Source: the human T2T-CHM13v2.0 reference genome, Homo sapiens | Reading direction: 5' to 3' | DNA: 64,000 nucleotides | NCBI GenBank assembly: GCA_009914755.4 | Contig: CP068257.2 | Location: 43,264,001 to 43,328,000, forward strand | Part shown: positions 26,291 through 38,810 of the stretch, in pieces | Layout of the letters: the number at the start of each line of letters is the position of its first letter | Numbering within the stretch: the stretch's first letter is position 1 | The notes under the pieces: model-generated | What the model saw: only the letters and a program-made list of their open reading frames with translations | Database searches by the model: none | Told to the model about the DNA's origin: nothing | Program-made: the position numbers and the translations under genes

Positions 26291-27195
26291 TATGTGTTTT
26301 AGGCTTTGCTGGCCAAATGGTCTCTGCCGCGACTACTCAGCTCTGCCATTGTGGCTGCAGAGTGACCATAGACCTTCTGAAAGTGAATGAGTATGACTGT
26401 GTTCCAATAAAACTTTATTGACAAAAACAGGTGGAGGGCCAGCCTAAGGGCCCAAGTTTGTAGGTCTCTATTCTAGACCAGTGATTCTCTGGAGAGGAAT
26501 GGGGCATGGGGAGTGGGGACAGTGTGTGGGAGAAGAGGTGGGACACAGGCACGTGGGAATGGTGCGGACATGGAGGACATTGGAGGTGGGGAAGAGCTAG
26601 AGAACCTAAACACTGACGCTGGACCCTGGTCAACACTAGGTCTCTCCACAGCCTCCTCTTTTAGCCTCTCCCTCCAGTTTCAAAATGACTCCTCCTCTGA
26701 GGGGACTCAGGCTCCCCACCCTGCTCCCCAGTTCCCACCAGAAACCCCAAGTGGGTGTTCCAGCCTCTGCCCCACAAGGCCCCCATGGAAGGCAGCACCG
26801 CCAGGCAGGGACCTTTCCTCGCTGCCCCTCCCTCTTCCAGTTCTGAGTCCTGTCCCGGAGATGACCTCTCAACCCAGAGGGACCTGACCAGAAAGGTCTG
26901 GCCCCCTCCACCCAGGAAGCCCCTGAAGGCTGGAGGGCAGCCCTCCCCCCTCCCTCCCCCTGTTAGTTTTTCTTTCTGATAGAAACAGCAGCAACCGCTA
27001 GGCACCTGCTAGGCAGGGGGCTGCACAGCCTCAGGTCAGTTCCTGAAAGGCACCTTTTTCCATTTGTAAATGAGGTGACAGGTCTGCCTCCCAGGGATGA
27101 GCAGATGAAGGGTTGGGAGTGCAGAGCCTGGGAACACGGAGTGGCAGTGGGGACTGGGGCCCAGAGGCTGCTGAGTGAGGGAAGGCTAGGGGCAG

Positions 27196-27444
27196 TGAAG
27201 CTGGTGAATGAGGCAGGGGCAGAAGACAGGGTGGGGGAACATGCCCAGCGAGGCTGGTGAATGTGGCACTGCAGGGGCAGGGTGGGGGACATGCCCAGCG
27301 GGGCTGGTGAATATGCCACCGCAGGGGCGGGGAGGGCAGAATATGCCCAGTGAGGCTGGTGAATGCGCCAGGGGCAGAGGGCGGGGAGGGGGAAGATGCC
27401 CAGCGAGGCTGGTGAATGTGGCACTGCAGGGGTGGGGTGGGCGG
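27196..27444. repeat. Tandem repeat with a 50-53-bp unit and about 4.8 copies (atgcccagcgaggctggtgaatgtggcactgcaggggcagggtgggggac).
   Basis: Direct reading. Confidence 0.85.
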
Positions 27445-28079
27445 ATGCAATGATGAGCATTTCCTCCCTGGGGCCAGCAGAGCAGGGGTGAGGCTGAGTG
27501 GGTATATTACTCCGATTTGGGTGGGACCCCATGCAGTCACACGTGGGGGACGCAGGGCTGACAGCCTTGCATGACCCTTTCACACTTTAGCCATAGCAAT
27601 GCCAAGCCCAGAGAGGCTGCAAGGCCCTGGGGAGAACAGAGGCCCCGGAAGGGGTGGCCAGCTGGGCTTCACTGCAGTCCTCACCAGACAGGATTGAGAT
27701 TTTAACGTGTTAACTTGTTTTCTGTCTTTTCCAAATTGTTTATGGTAGCCATGCATTAATTTTATAATCAGAAAAGCATGTTATTATAACTCAAGTTAAA
27801 TGGCTCCAAAACAAAAGTACCCAGACCCCAGAGCCTGCCCCTCTCTAGCTGGAGAGAGGGACGAAGTATAAGGAAAAGGAACGGAAAGCTGAAAGGACCC
27901 CCGGGCTCTGGAACCCGACCCAAGGGTGATGCCGCCAGGGCTACCAGGAAGCGGCTCCGTGCTGGGCGCAGCCGGTCTCCTACCCACCCCAGCACACCTC
28001 AGCCCCCAGCCTCTTCCTCCCGCGCCTCCCCCGCCCTCACCACTTCCTCTCAATGGTCCCTGGGGATTACAGCACGATT

Positions 28080-29900
28080 ATTTTTATTGCAAGAGTTTCC
28101 CAATGCGGGAACTCACAGCCCCAAAGAGTTTGCATCTGAGCTTCCTGTAGCATCCTGGGGCACGGACAGGCGGAACCGGGCCATCAGCCGTCCCTGCGCA
28201 CAGAGGCGCACAGATTGGATCCGGCCTCGCAGTCCCAGGAGCCAAGAGGGGAGGCACGCGTGCCGGTTCTCGGAAATTCATTATGGGAATGTGCGCGTTG
28301 TGGAGATGCTCAGACCGCGAACAGTACTGCGGGAACCCAAACGATCATTTTTAACCCCAGACGTCCCTGAACCAAAGCCAAAGTCTACAGGTCACTGGGG
28401 CAGAGGCCGCCCGAAACCAGCTGTCCCCTCCCGGCCTAGGCGCGCCAGGTCCCCGCCCAGCCGGGGCGATCCTTTGGTCGGACAGTGAGGTTGGGAGCCC
28501 ACCGCACCCAAGTGCCGCCGCATCCACCCGGCGCAGGCGACCCCCGACGGGCAGCCGCTCACCTTCTCCTGGCCCCGGGCTTCAGGAAAACTGCCTGGAG
28601 GTGGCCGGGGTCTCCCTAGCGGAGGCTGGGCGGCGGGCTTCGCGCCTGCCTCAGTCTCCCAATCCGTGGCCCGGGGGATGGAGCCCGCTGCGCGCAGAGG
28701 CTGCGGCAGGTCCCAGCCAGGTGCCCTGGAACGTGGCTCCTCCTTCCCTGAGGCGCTCCCCTGGGCACGAGGATGGGTCTCGAAGCAGGAGGAAGCCGCC
28801 TTCCCTCACCCGCTGTCCGGAGCTGCTCAGCCGGTGCGCGGAGCCTCCCCCGCCGCGGACACCACGATCCGACCCCCACCCTGACCCCGACCCAGACCCC
28901 CACCGCCCGACCCCGGCCGTATTCCGTTGCGTTTGCTCCCTGCCAGCTCCGGGGCCACCACTGAGCACGCGCTGTGAGTAGGCGCTTCCTGGAGCTTTTC
29001 CTGGGGGTCCTCAGAAAAACCCCTGCCGTCCCCATTATAGAGATGGGGAAACTGAGGCTCAGGAAGGCCAGAGCTTGCCCAAAACCTGCGGTCCGCGGCG
29101 GGCAGGGATTCCACGCTCCGAGCCTGGCCGCCTCCCTGGGGCGCGTGAAGGGAGCTTTCCTTCCCCGGGAAAGGCCGGGGCCAGAGACCCGCACTCGGAC
29201 CAGGCGGGGGCTGCGGGGCCAGAGTGGGCTGGGGAGGGCTGGGAGGGCGTCTGGGGCCGGCTCCTCCAGGCTGGGGGCCGCCAGCTCCGGGAAGGCAGTC
29301 CTGGCCTGCGGATGGGGCCGCGCGTGGGGCCCGGCGGGGCGGCCTCGGGAGGCGTCCAGGCTGCGGGAGCGGGAGGAGCGGCCGTGCGGGCGCCAGCGCC
29401 GTGGGTGGAGGTCGCCGTCCCTCCTGAGGGGCAGCCGGTGCGTTTGGGACCCGGGAGCAGAGCCCGCGCCTCCCCAGCGGCCTCCCCGGGGGTCTCACCG
29501 GGTCTCCCGAGAGCGGAGGCCCCGGCTCCGCAGAAACCCGGGGCGGCCGCGGGGAAGCAGCGCCCTCAGGCGTCGGAGGAGCCCCCAGAAGGACCTCGCG
29601 CCTCCCCGCCGGGCTCCGACCGCCTGGGTTCGGTGCGGGACGGCCCAGGCCGCCAGGACCCCCAAGCGCAGCTCAGTCTGCGGGGCACGACCCAGAGGCC
29701 AGCAGCAGAGGACGGGGCCGGGGCCGGGAGAGGGCGGGGAGGGCGCTCCTGGGAGGTCAAGGCCAGGGCTAGGCTTTCAGGGTCATGGCCTGGCCCCTCA
29801 TCCCCAGGGAGGTGAGGGGGCTCTGTGAGCAGAGGGGCCCCGGTGGAGAAGGCGCTGCTAGCCAGGGGCGGGGCAGGAGCCCAGGTGGGGACTTAGGGGT
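28080..29900. promoter_or_regulatory. Orphan CpG island of about 1.8 kb between ITGB2 and SLX9. It is a probable promoter of a non-coding transcript. A MIR core lies at ~29010-29080.
   Basis: Sustained CpG-rich, >70% GC sequence. Both strands give only Arg/Pro/Gly-rich low-complexity ORFs, with no recognisable protein. Confidence 0.55.
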
Positions 29901-32611
29901 GGCTGAAGGGACCCTCAGGCTGCAGGGATAGGGAGGGAAGCTAGGGGTGTGGCTTGGGCAGGTGCTGGGGGACCGCGGGCGCCCTTTATTCTGAAGCCGA
30001 ATGTGCTGCCGGAGTCCCCAGTGACCTAGAAATCCATTTCAAGATTTTCAGGAGTTTCAGGTGGAGACAAAGGCCAGGCCCAGGTGAAAATGTGGCAGTG
30101 ACAGAGTATGGGGTGAGAACCACGGAGAGAGGAAGTCCCCGAGGCAGATGATGGGACAGAGAGCGGGGACCAGAATTTTTTAAAACGCATCTGAGATGCG
30201 TTTGGCAGACTCATAGTTGTTTTCCTTTCACGGAGAAAGTGTGGGCAGAAGCCAGCTCTAAAGCCCAGGCTGCCCAGCCTGCACTGGCAGAGCTGACGGA
30301 AGGCCAGGGCAGAGCCTTCCCTCCCTGTCACAGACATGAGCCCTGGAGATCTGGAATGAGGCAGATGTGCCCAGGGAAAGCTGATCCGCCCCGACCCAGG
30401 GCCCCCCGGGTGCCCCTTTGAGCGTGGAATCGTTGCCAGGTCATGGCTCCCTGCTATCGAACACCGGACATGGGTCGTGTGCTGCACCTGGCAGTTGCAG
30501 GACCGACACCCGCAATGCCTTAAGAGGTGATGACTGCCTTCCAGGGGCCTGGCTGGCTGACACTTTGCATGGCTCCTGGAGAAGAGGGATTGAGTGGAGT
30601 CCACGGGTCATGGCCACGTCCTGGGTGCTGCCTCTGAGGCAGGGCCCGGCTGGGGTGAGAAGGGGCTGGAGACAGGTTCCTGCCAGTTCAGCCTCTAACC
30701 GGTGGTCTTCATGCCTAGGAACCCACTGGGGGCTTATGAAACTGCAGGTGGCTGAGTCCTTGCCATGGGGTCTCTCCTTCAGCAGGTCTGGGTGGGGCCG
30801 GAGACTGTACCCCACAAAAGGTCCCAGGTGAGGCGGATGTGGCCTGGCGCTGTGTGGCTCTGGACCTAGTCCTTGGGCTTGGGCTGGCGCCCAGGGCCTG
30901 GGCTTGAGACAGCTGTGACGCAGGCAAGCCATTTACCCCGTTTGTGGGGACATTACATCTTCCTAGCTTGGAACACACAGGCAGCCAGGGTTGTTATCCA
31001 CATTCCTCCTCCATGTTCTTCTCTTGAGAACTTTTACCAGGTATGTCAGGAGCTGGGCTCCACCAGGGAGACTCAAGTGGAAAGCCCTCATCCTTGTCCT
31101 CCAGGAGACAGGAAAACCTATGGTTACAATTCCAGGGACAAGAGCGATGCATGTGAGGTGTGGCAAATCTCACTGTTCAACTGGAGAAATCAGAGACAGC
31201 TTCCTGGAGGCAGTGACACCTGGACAGGCTTCTCCACAGGAGGAAGCGAGTGAGAGAAGCCAACTGGGATGGACCCATCATGTAGGGGGAACAGTGCGCG
31301 CAGAACCAACAACCACCCCCACCCTAGGCCCAGAGCTCACGGAGAGAGCTGGGCCTCTCGGGGTGACTACATAGTTCCCTGCTGGATCTTAGGTCTTGTC
31401 CTTGGGCAGCTCTGCTGAGACCTCTATGCCTGTTCCAGGCTGCACCAAGGTTTTGTGACTATTGACCCTTGACTTTGAGTTGGGAGTTGCTGTATTTTTA
31501 CTAAGGGATGGAGAGACACAGCCCCCAACCCCCAGGGAGCTGGGCTGGCTCTCCTATGGCTCAGCCCATAGCTCCAGCCCCAGGGATGTCCAGAGGATCA
31601 GAAAACTCCCTCCCTCCTTTAAAGCAGCTACTGGCAGAGTCCGTGGAGCTCTTGGGGGCTGGGAGACAGGCAGGAAACCCACCTGGCAGGCAGGCAGGAG
31701 CCCATGGGGGAGGGTTGATCTTTGATCTTCCTCTGATGGCCCAACGGGAACTGTGAGCACCCAGCCGCTCACTGGGACATCTCGGTGCAGGGAAAGGGCT
31801 GAAGCTGGCGCAGCCACGGCAGCATCCCCTCTCGTGGCAGTGCTCCTGAAACAGAGACGTGGTCTGGGCAGCATGCTGAAAGGCATTTCTGAATGAAGCC
31901 TCCTACTGACCTAGAGCCAGCACACACCACTCCAGGGGCAGAGAGGAGAGAGCAGGAGCAGGAGACAGTCCAGGGCAGAGGCAGGCTCTGAGTCCATGGA
32001 GACCCTCCCTGGGGCACCCCCTGCATCTGCAGGGGTCCAAGCCTAGCACTGGCTCTGCAAGGATTCAGCCACTCATACTGTGCCCCCCCAGCATGGGGCA
32101 TCTGTGGGTCTCCCTGAAGGTGGGCACCTGGGCAGCCTTCCTGAGGGGTCAGAGCATCCTTGCAGGCATCAGTGATTCCCTCTGTCCCTTTCACCACTGG
32201 CCATGGCTGGAGCAGAGCAGCACCGCATGGTTTGGCTCTGGACAGCTGTGAGGCCCCATGAGGCCCAGCATGTCTGCAGGGGCCTCTCCTAGCCCCCTCT
32301 CTGCATTCTGAGGCTTCACTTGTTGAACAGAAAGAGGTAGCAGAATCCCAAATAAGAGTGCAACATGTCACCTACCAGCTCCAGCGCCTGGGGGCCAAGT
32401 GTGGACTCAGAGCTTCTGTCCAGCAGAGGCCCCTGATGTGCAGCTGCACCGAGACACCCAGGCAGGGCGTCACCTGCAAGGTCAGCTGCAAGGCTGGGAC
32501 TGGGGTTTGTAATCGCTGTTGTCTCTTGGCCTGCAGGATCCTCACGCGTGCCGCTTCGGTCCTGATGGGCAGGACGCAGGTCTCTCACTAGACCAGTGTT
32601 TCCCTCTGTGA

Positions 32612-32986
<375 letters not shown>

Positions 32987-33975
32987 GCCTGAGCTTTTTA
33001 TATACACCAACTGCCAAACATTCCACGTGAATTTCCTGAAACTTCTCTTTGGAAAGCTTCTGTTTGTATGTATAAGGCAATGTGCATGCCAGCATGTCAG
33101 TTACAGCAGGAGAGAGGGAACAAGCCATGTGGGAACTGATGGAGCCATGTCACATCCAGTGTCCTCTGCAGCCGCTATGGAGTGCCAGGAGGAATGAGGG
33201 GCAAATGGTAAGATCTTTATGACGTGAGAGAAGCCAGGTGCGGAGCAGGGAACAGTCAGGTTTAATTGGTGTGAAGAACAGGATCACTGAAAAATATTTT
33301 CTCATAGATAAAACTCTTTTTGTATAAAAGTCTACAGAATTGCGATAGGAAACCCATAATCATGGTTTCAAGTGGGCAGAGAACTAGGCTCTGGCGTCAG
33401 GGGAGGAAGGGGAACTGTTCACTGTCAACACCTTTTAGGACGTTTCCATTGGGATCGAAGGGTGGCTCACTCTGCCACTTTGACATAAGAATCACTTCTA
33501 CCTAAGGCACTTGAAAAATGGCACAGGCAAGAGCATCATCGGATCTCTCCTTTTCTTCCTGAAGACAGGAGATAAAAACGCTCAGGTGAAAGATGCCTTC
33601 CCTGTACCGGGCGAAGAAAGATTCCTCTACAGGGAAGCACGTCATAGCCAACAGAATTCTGTACAGACATTAAAGTAATTAAAGTAATTCCTGTCGTTCT
33701 TAAGCCTCCCCACACGGTTTACTTTTCCACAACTGCCTCTTTGTTCAGCCTCCTGCAAAAGCACATAGGTTTCGTCACTTCTTTGGGTCTTTGCTTCCTT
33801 AGGAGGGTCCTGTGTGACATCAAAGTGACATTAAATTTGTATACATTTCTCCTGTTAATCCATCTGATTTCAACTTAGTTCCCAGGCCCAGCCAGGAACC
33901 TAAGAGGAGGGAGGTGGATATTTGCCTCCCCTACAGTATCGTGTACGTATATGACTTTTTAAAAAAGAAAATCTG

Positions 33976-34262
33976 GGGCCACATGGCAGTGGCTCACGCC
34001 TGTCATCTCAGCATTTTGGGAGGCTGAAGTGGGACGACTGCTTGAGCCGAGTTCAAGATCAGCCTGGGCAACATAGGGAGATTGTGTCTCTGCAAAAAAA
34101 AAAACCCAAAAAATTAGCCAGGTGTGGTGGCACATGCCTGTGTTCCCAGCTATTCAGGAGGCTAAGATGGGAGGATCACTTGAGCCCAGGAGGTCACCAT
34201 TACAATGAGCTATGATTGCACCACTGTTCCAACTTGGGCAACAGAGTGAGACCCTGTCTCTT
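33976..34262 (+). mobile_element. Alu in sense orientation, diverged, with no clean polyA.
   Basis: ggggccacatggcagtggctcacgcctgtcatctcagcattttgggaggctgaagtggg... Confidence 0.85.
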
Positions 34263-34851
34263 AATTTTTTTTTAATTAATTAGTTACCTGATTAACACAG
34301 TTCCTTATTGGTGAGGGATTCTCTACTGTGGTCCTTCTGCAGTCCCACCCCATACATGAATGGCTTCTTTTGAAGCTTCCTCCTTTGTACAGGTGAGTAT
34401 CTTTGTCACTGTCTTACTCTGTTTTGTGCTGCTATAACAGAATACCACAGACTAGGTAATTTATATAATGAACTGAAATTTACTGGCTCATGGTTCTGGA
34501 GACTGGGAAGTCCAAGACAGAAGAGCTAGCAACTGGCAAGGGCCTTCTTGCTGTGTCATCCCATGGTGGAACAGCAAAGAGAGGGCAAGAGTGTGCCAAA
34601 AGGGGGGCAAACTAGTCCTTTTATGAAAAATACTTTGATAACAAACCCACTCCCATGATAACAACATTAACCCTTTCCTGACGGTAGAGTCCTTGTGGCC
34701 TAATCACCTCTTAAAGGTGCCACATCTTAATACTAGTATGATGGCAATTACATTTCAACATGGGTTTCAGAGGGGACCAACATTCAAACCATAGCAGTCT
34801 CAAACACTGGGCTGGCAGTGGAAGAGGAGGCTGATCTTTAAAGAATATAAA

Positions 34852-35145
<294 letters not shown>

Positions 35146-35278
35146 GAATATGTTCTTTAAAAACAGGCACAATTCCATGAAGTAAACTCACATTGGAATG
35201 GTTAACAGGTAAAGTGATCCAGCTGGCTGAAACAATAGGCATTCACCGGCATCCAAAGTACATAAAGATGAGCACTTT

Positions 35279-35340
35279 GAGACTGCGCCACTGCACTCCA
35301 GCCTGGGCGACAGAGTGAGACTCTCTCACCAAAAAAAAAA
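35279..35340 (+). mobile_element. Alu 3-prime end fragment with polyA.
   Basis: gagactgcgccactgcactccagcctgggcgacagagtgagactctctcaccaaaaaaaaaa. Confidence 0.8.
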
Positions 35341-36167
35341 CATGAGCACTTTCACCTCAAGAGTCGCTAGGCTCAGATGCTGAATGCACCCTGAAGGAAC
35401 TCTAAAGATACCAGCCTCTGGAGTTTTCACAGCCAACAGCATTCCTAGGTAGACTGGTTGAGAACACGGCTAGTTGGAGGGTAAAAAGAATGACTTGTGA
35501 ATGCTCACTAGGTCTTTGAATATGTAAGTAGACACGACTTCAAGCCAGTTGCTCAGCCTTGAATATATCCTAGAGTCCATCACCTTGGGCTGTGAGTGGC
35601 TTGTGCGGTCATCTGTCCATCTCTCAGCTGGGCGAGAAACTTGATGTCCTTTCTGAGAGGTGGCCCTGGCTCTGCCTGGGACCTGCTACTCTTCTCCAAA
35701 GTGCATTTTTTGTGGGTGGGTTTTCACTGTGGGTCCTGGGCAGGTGAGTGCTGGTGCCCAGTGTTGGGGAGCAGGGTAGATAGAGGTGTGGCTGCTACCT
35801 GGCTGGGCCCGGACTTGGCAGCCTTCCTTCATGGCCCTCAGCCACAGCCTGTTCCATAGTTTGTTCTCGATGTGTCAGCTTTGTGTTCCCATGAGAACAA
35901 TGGGCTCCTTGAGGACAGGCATTGCATCGTACCTGTGGTCTCTTCCCTAACGCCCCCCAGTACGCCCAGCATAGACAGCACAGGGTGCAAGCAGTCAGAT
36001 GAGCAGGGCTCCCGTTCCCAGCACGGGACCCAGCCCGTTACCTCGCTGCTATGTTTCCCACGTAAACGGAGCAATACCCAATTCTAAAGAACTGTTCTGA
36101 GGACTAAATGGAATAGTGTAAAAAATAAATTGACATGAAGTGAAGGTCAATTAAAATGCACTAGCTT

Positions 36168-36456
36168 GGCCAGGCGCAGTGTGGCTCATGCCTGTAATCC
36201 CAGCGCTTTGGGAGGCCGAGGAGGGAGGATCGCTGGAGCCCAGGAGTTTAAGACCAGCCAGACAACACAGCAAGATCCCGGCTCTAGCAAAACATTAATA
36301 AAAATTAGCCGGGCGTGGCGGTGCCCACCGGTGGTCCCACCTTCTCGAGAGGCTGAGGCGGGAGGATCGCTCGAGTCCTGGACGTCGAGGCTGCAATGAG
36401 CCGATTTCGCGCCATTGCGCTCCAGCCTGGGCGACAGCGCGAGACTCCTTCTCAAA
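36168..36456 (+). mobile_element. Alu in sense orientation abutting the SLX9 CpG island. It retains unusually many CpGs.
   Basis: ggccaggcgcagtgtggctcatgcctgtaatcccagcgctttgggaggccgaggagggagg ... cgcgccattgcgctccagcctgggcgacagcgcgagact. Confidence 0.9.
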
Positions 36457-36459
36457 TAT

Positions 36460-37260
36460 AGAATTTTAAAAAGGCCATCTCGACTGCCGCGGGGGTCGCG
36501 TCCTCTCCATCCCCGACCTTGGACGCAACCCCGGGCTTGGGTCCCCCACGATCTAGACAGAAACTCGTTGTTTCTCGTGCTCCGCGCCACCCGCGTCCTC
36601 CGGTCTGTTTCTCCCAGGTGCGTCGGTGAAAGGCGGAGCGCCGCCACCCTACACCCGCGACCCTGCGCCCGCCCGAGCCGCTTCCGGGTACTTCCGGCGG
36701 CCGCGGGGCTCCCGGCAGCCGCGGCTCCTGTTTCCGCCGGGCGGCGAGAACGCAGGACCAGCTTCCGGGAGGCGCTCCGCACGTTTGCCGTGCTCCGCCG
36801 GGAAGATGGGGAAAGTGAGGGGGTTGCGCGCCCGAGTGCACCAGGCTGCCGTGAGGCCGAAAGGGGAGGCCGCCCCCGGCCCCGCGCCCCCTGCCCCGGA
36901 GGCGACCCCTCCGCCGGCCTCGGCCGCGGGGAAGGTGAGCTGGGGAGGCGCTGGCCGGGGGCTGCCGCGTGGGTCCGAGGGCGGGTGAGCTGCGGGGCGC
37001 CGCCTCCGGGAGGGTTCCGCGACCCCGGCCTTCCCTCGGGCTCTGCGGGCATTTGCTGCGCTACAGACGCGACCTTCTTGCTTCGCGAAGCGTCGTAAAC
37101 TCCGAGGCTCCGCTCTGCGCTGCCGTCCTGGGCACACGGACTCGCGCCGCTCCCGGGGAGGGGAGAGAGCCAGGAACCTCCCGCTGCGGTCCAGGGTTGC
37201 CACGCGGACCCCAGAGGTTCCTGAATCGCACTGAGCTCCCCGGAAAGGAAAGGACGTTCC
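36460..37260 (+). promoter_or_regulatory. SLX9: CpG island and promoter of SLX9/FAM207A, covering the 5-prime UTR, the ATG and the start of intron 1.
   Basis: Very high CpG density and GC content around the ATG at 36806, with no TATA-like element. Confidence 0.75.
36806..36934 (+). CDS. SLX9: SLX9 / FAM207A (C21orf70) coding exon 1: MGKVRGLRARVHQAAVRPKGEAAPGPAPPAPEATPPPASAAGK. Donor AAG|gtgagc at 36935.
   Basis: An ATG in a CpG island with a clean GT donor, frame-continuous with three downstream exons. The N-terminus matches the remembered FAM207A protein. Confidence 0.8.
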
Positions 37261-37389
37261 CAGAGTTAGAGAAGAACGGAGAGCAAACTGAAGAGAGACC
37301 CCGTTCCCTTTAGCAGTCAGCTGGCCTGTTTCTCCATCCCCCTCAGCCCTAAGCAAGCACGAATCTACCTTTTGTCTTTATTCTAGACA

Positions 37390-38810
37390 CTGCATGTGAG
37401 TGGAATTATTGCTTTCAGGATTTTTTTTTTTTTTTTTGGCTTTTGCCTTAAATATTTTGACCGATGTGTCTTGGTGTAGGTATCTGCATTTATTTTGCGT
37501 GTTCACTGAGCTTCTTGCGTGTGTAGGTTAATGTTTTTCGTTACATTGGCAAGTCTTCAGCCATTATTTCCTTGAATATTTTTTTCTGCCCCTTTCTGTC
37601 ACTCCTCTCTTTCGGATACTTCCATTATAAATATGTACGTCGTGCTTAATGGTGTCCCACAGTGCTCTGAGGCGCTGTTCACTCAGTTTTTCTCTTTTCT
37701 TCAGATGGCATAATCTATCTTAATTCAAGTTTACTGATGTTCTGCCAGCCCAGAGGTGCTTTTGAACCTTTCCAGTGAAATTTTCATTTTTTTTGACTCC
37801 AGAATTTATTTACTTTCTTTCTCTTCTCCTGTTCCTCCTCATTTTAAAAAATACTCTTTACTGATGTTTTCTGTTTGATGTGAGAATGTCATTATACCTT
37901 CGTTTAGTTCTTTAGACACGGTCTCTTTTAGTCCTTAGAAATATTTGTAATGCCTACTCTGAATTCTTTACATGTGGGCTGCTCAAAGCAGTTTCTGTTG
38001 CCTGGCTCATGCTGGCAGGTAGGAGCAGGTGGGCCTTCTTTGAATGTATCACTTTTTGTGGAAAATTGGGCATTTTGGATAGTCCTGTAGCAACCAGGGA
38101 TTAGTATCTGCTTGATTACTTTGTTTATTGATCTGGAACTGAACTATGTGACCTCTCTCCTTGTCCCCTTCTGGCTGTGTGCAGCCTCTGATGTGCCCCC
38201 TTGGTTTTTTTTTTTTCTTCCTGTTTTTCTCTTTTAGCCTGGCTAGTTGGATCTGCTTAAGCTCCTCACTGGTCAGCAATTGTTCTTAAAGCCTCCTTGG
38301 CCAGGGGGTTTTTGCCTTTTACCACTGGATACCTCTGGCTTGGAGGTGGCTGTCAGATTCAGCGTGTTCACATTTTTGACCTTCATTTCTGCCCTCAGAG
38401 GCACAGCCAAGGACTAGTAGCTTACAGAGTCCCTCTGCTCACTCCTGGTAGGGTGCGTCCTTGAACATGCGCACAGCCTCCAGACTGCCAGGGATGCGAC
38501 CTCCTGGGAGTTGTTCCTGGGTCAGAGGGGCTTACTGTCTACCCAGGAGCCTTGGGCACCCTGCCCTCTGCATCTGTCACCACCCAGAGCTCCTTCCTGG
38601 TCAGCAACACCCTTAGGCGTGAGAGCCCTCACACGAGCTCCAGACAAGGCGAGTCCCTTCTGGCAGAGCTATGGAGTTCTTCCTTTTTGCAGCCTACCGC
38701 TCCTGGGCAAGAGCTCCGTGTCAGGACACCAGAGATGGGGCAGGAGCAGCTTCAGCTTCTCAGGTGACATCTCTCTCTACTAGCAGGAGAGGGGCGTGCC
38801 TTTAGTTGTC
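37390..38810 (-). mobile_element. Probable antisense fragment of an older L1, in SLX9 intron 1.
   Basis: ...taatggtgtcccacagtgctctgaggcgctgttcactcagtttttctcttttcttcagatggcataatctatcttaattcaagtttactgat... resembles the antisense L1 ORF2 3-prime portion. The T-rich tract at 37421-37440 fits an antisense polyA. Confidence 0.5.

Noticed and set aside
28616-29828. Long ORFs on both strands of the CpG island, including 284 aa at 28974..29828(+) and 223 aa at 28827..29498(-).
   Set aside because: The peptides are Arg/Pro/Gly/Ala low-complexity, typical of stop-codon depletion in >70% GC sequence. There are no splice-consistent exons and no recognisable domain.
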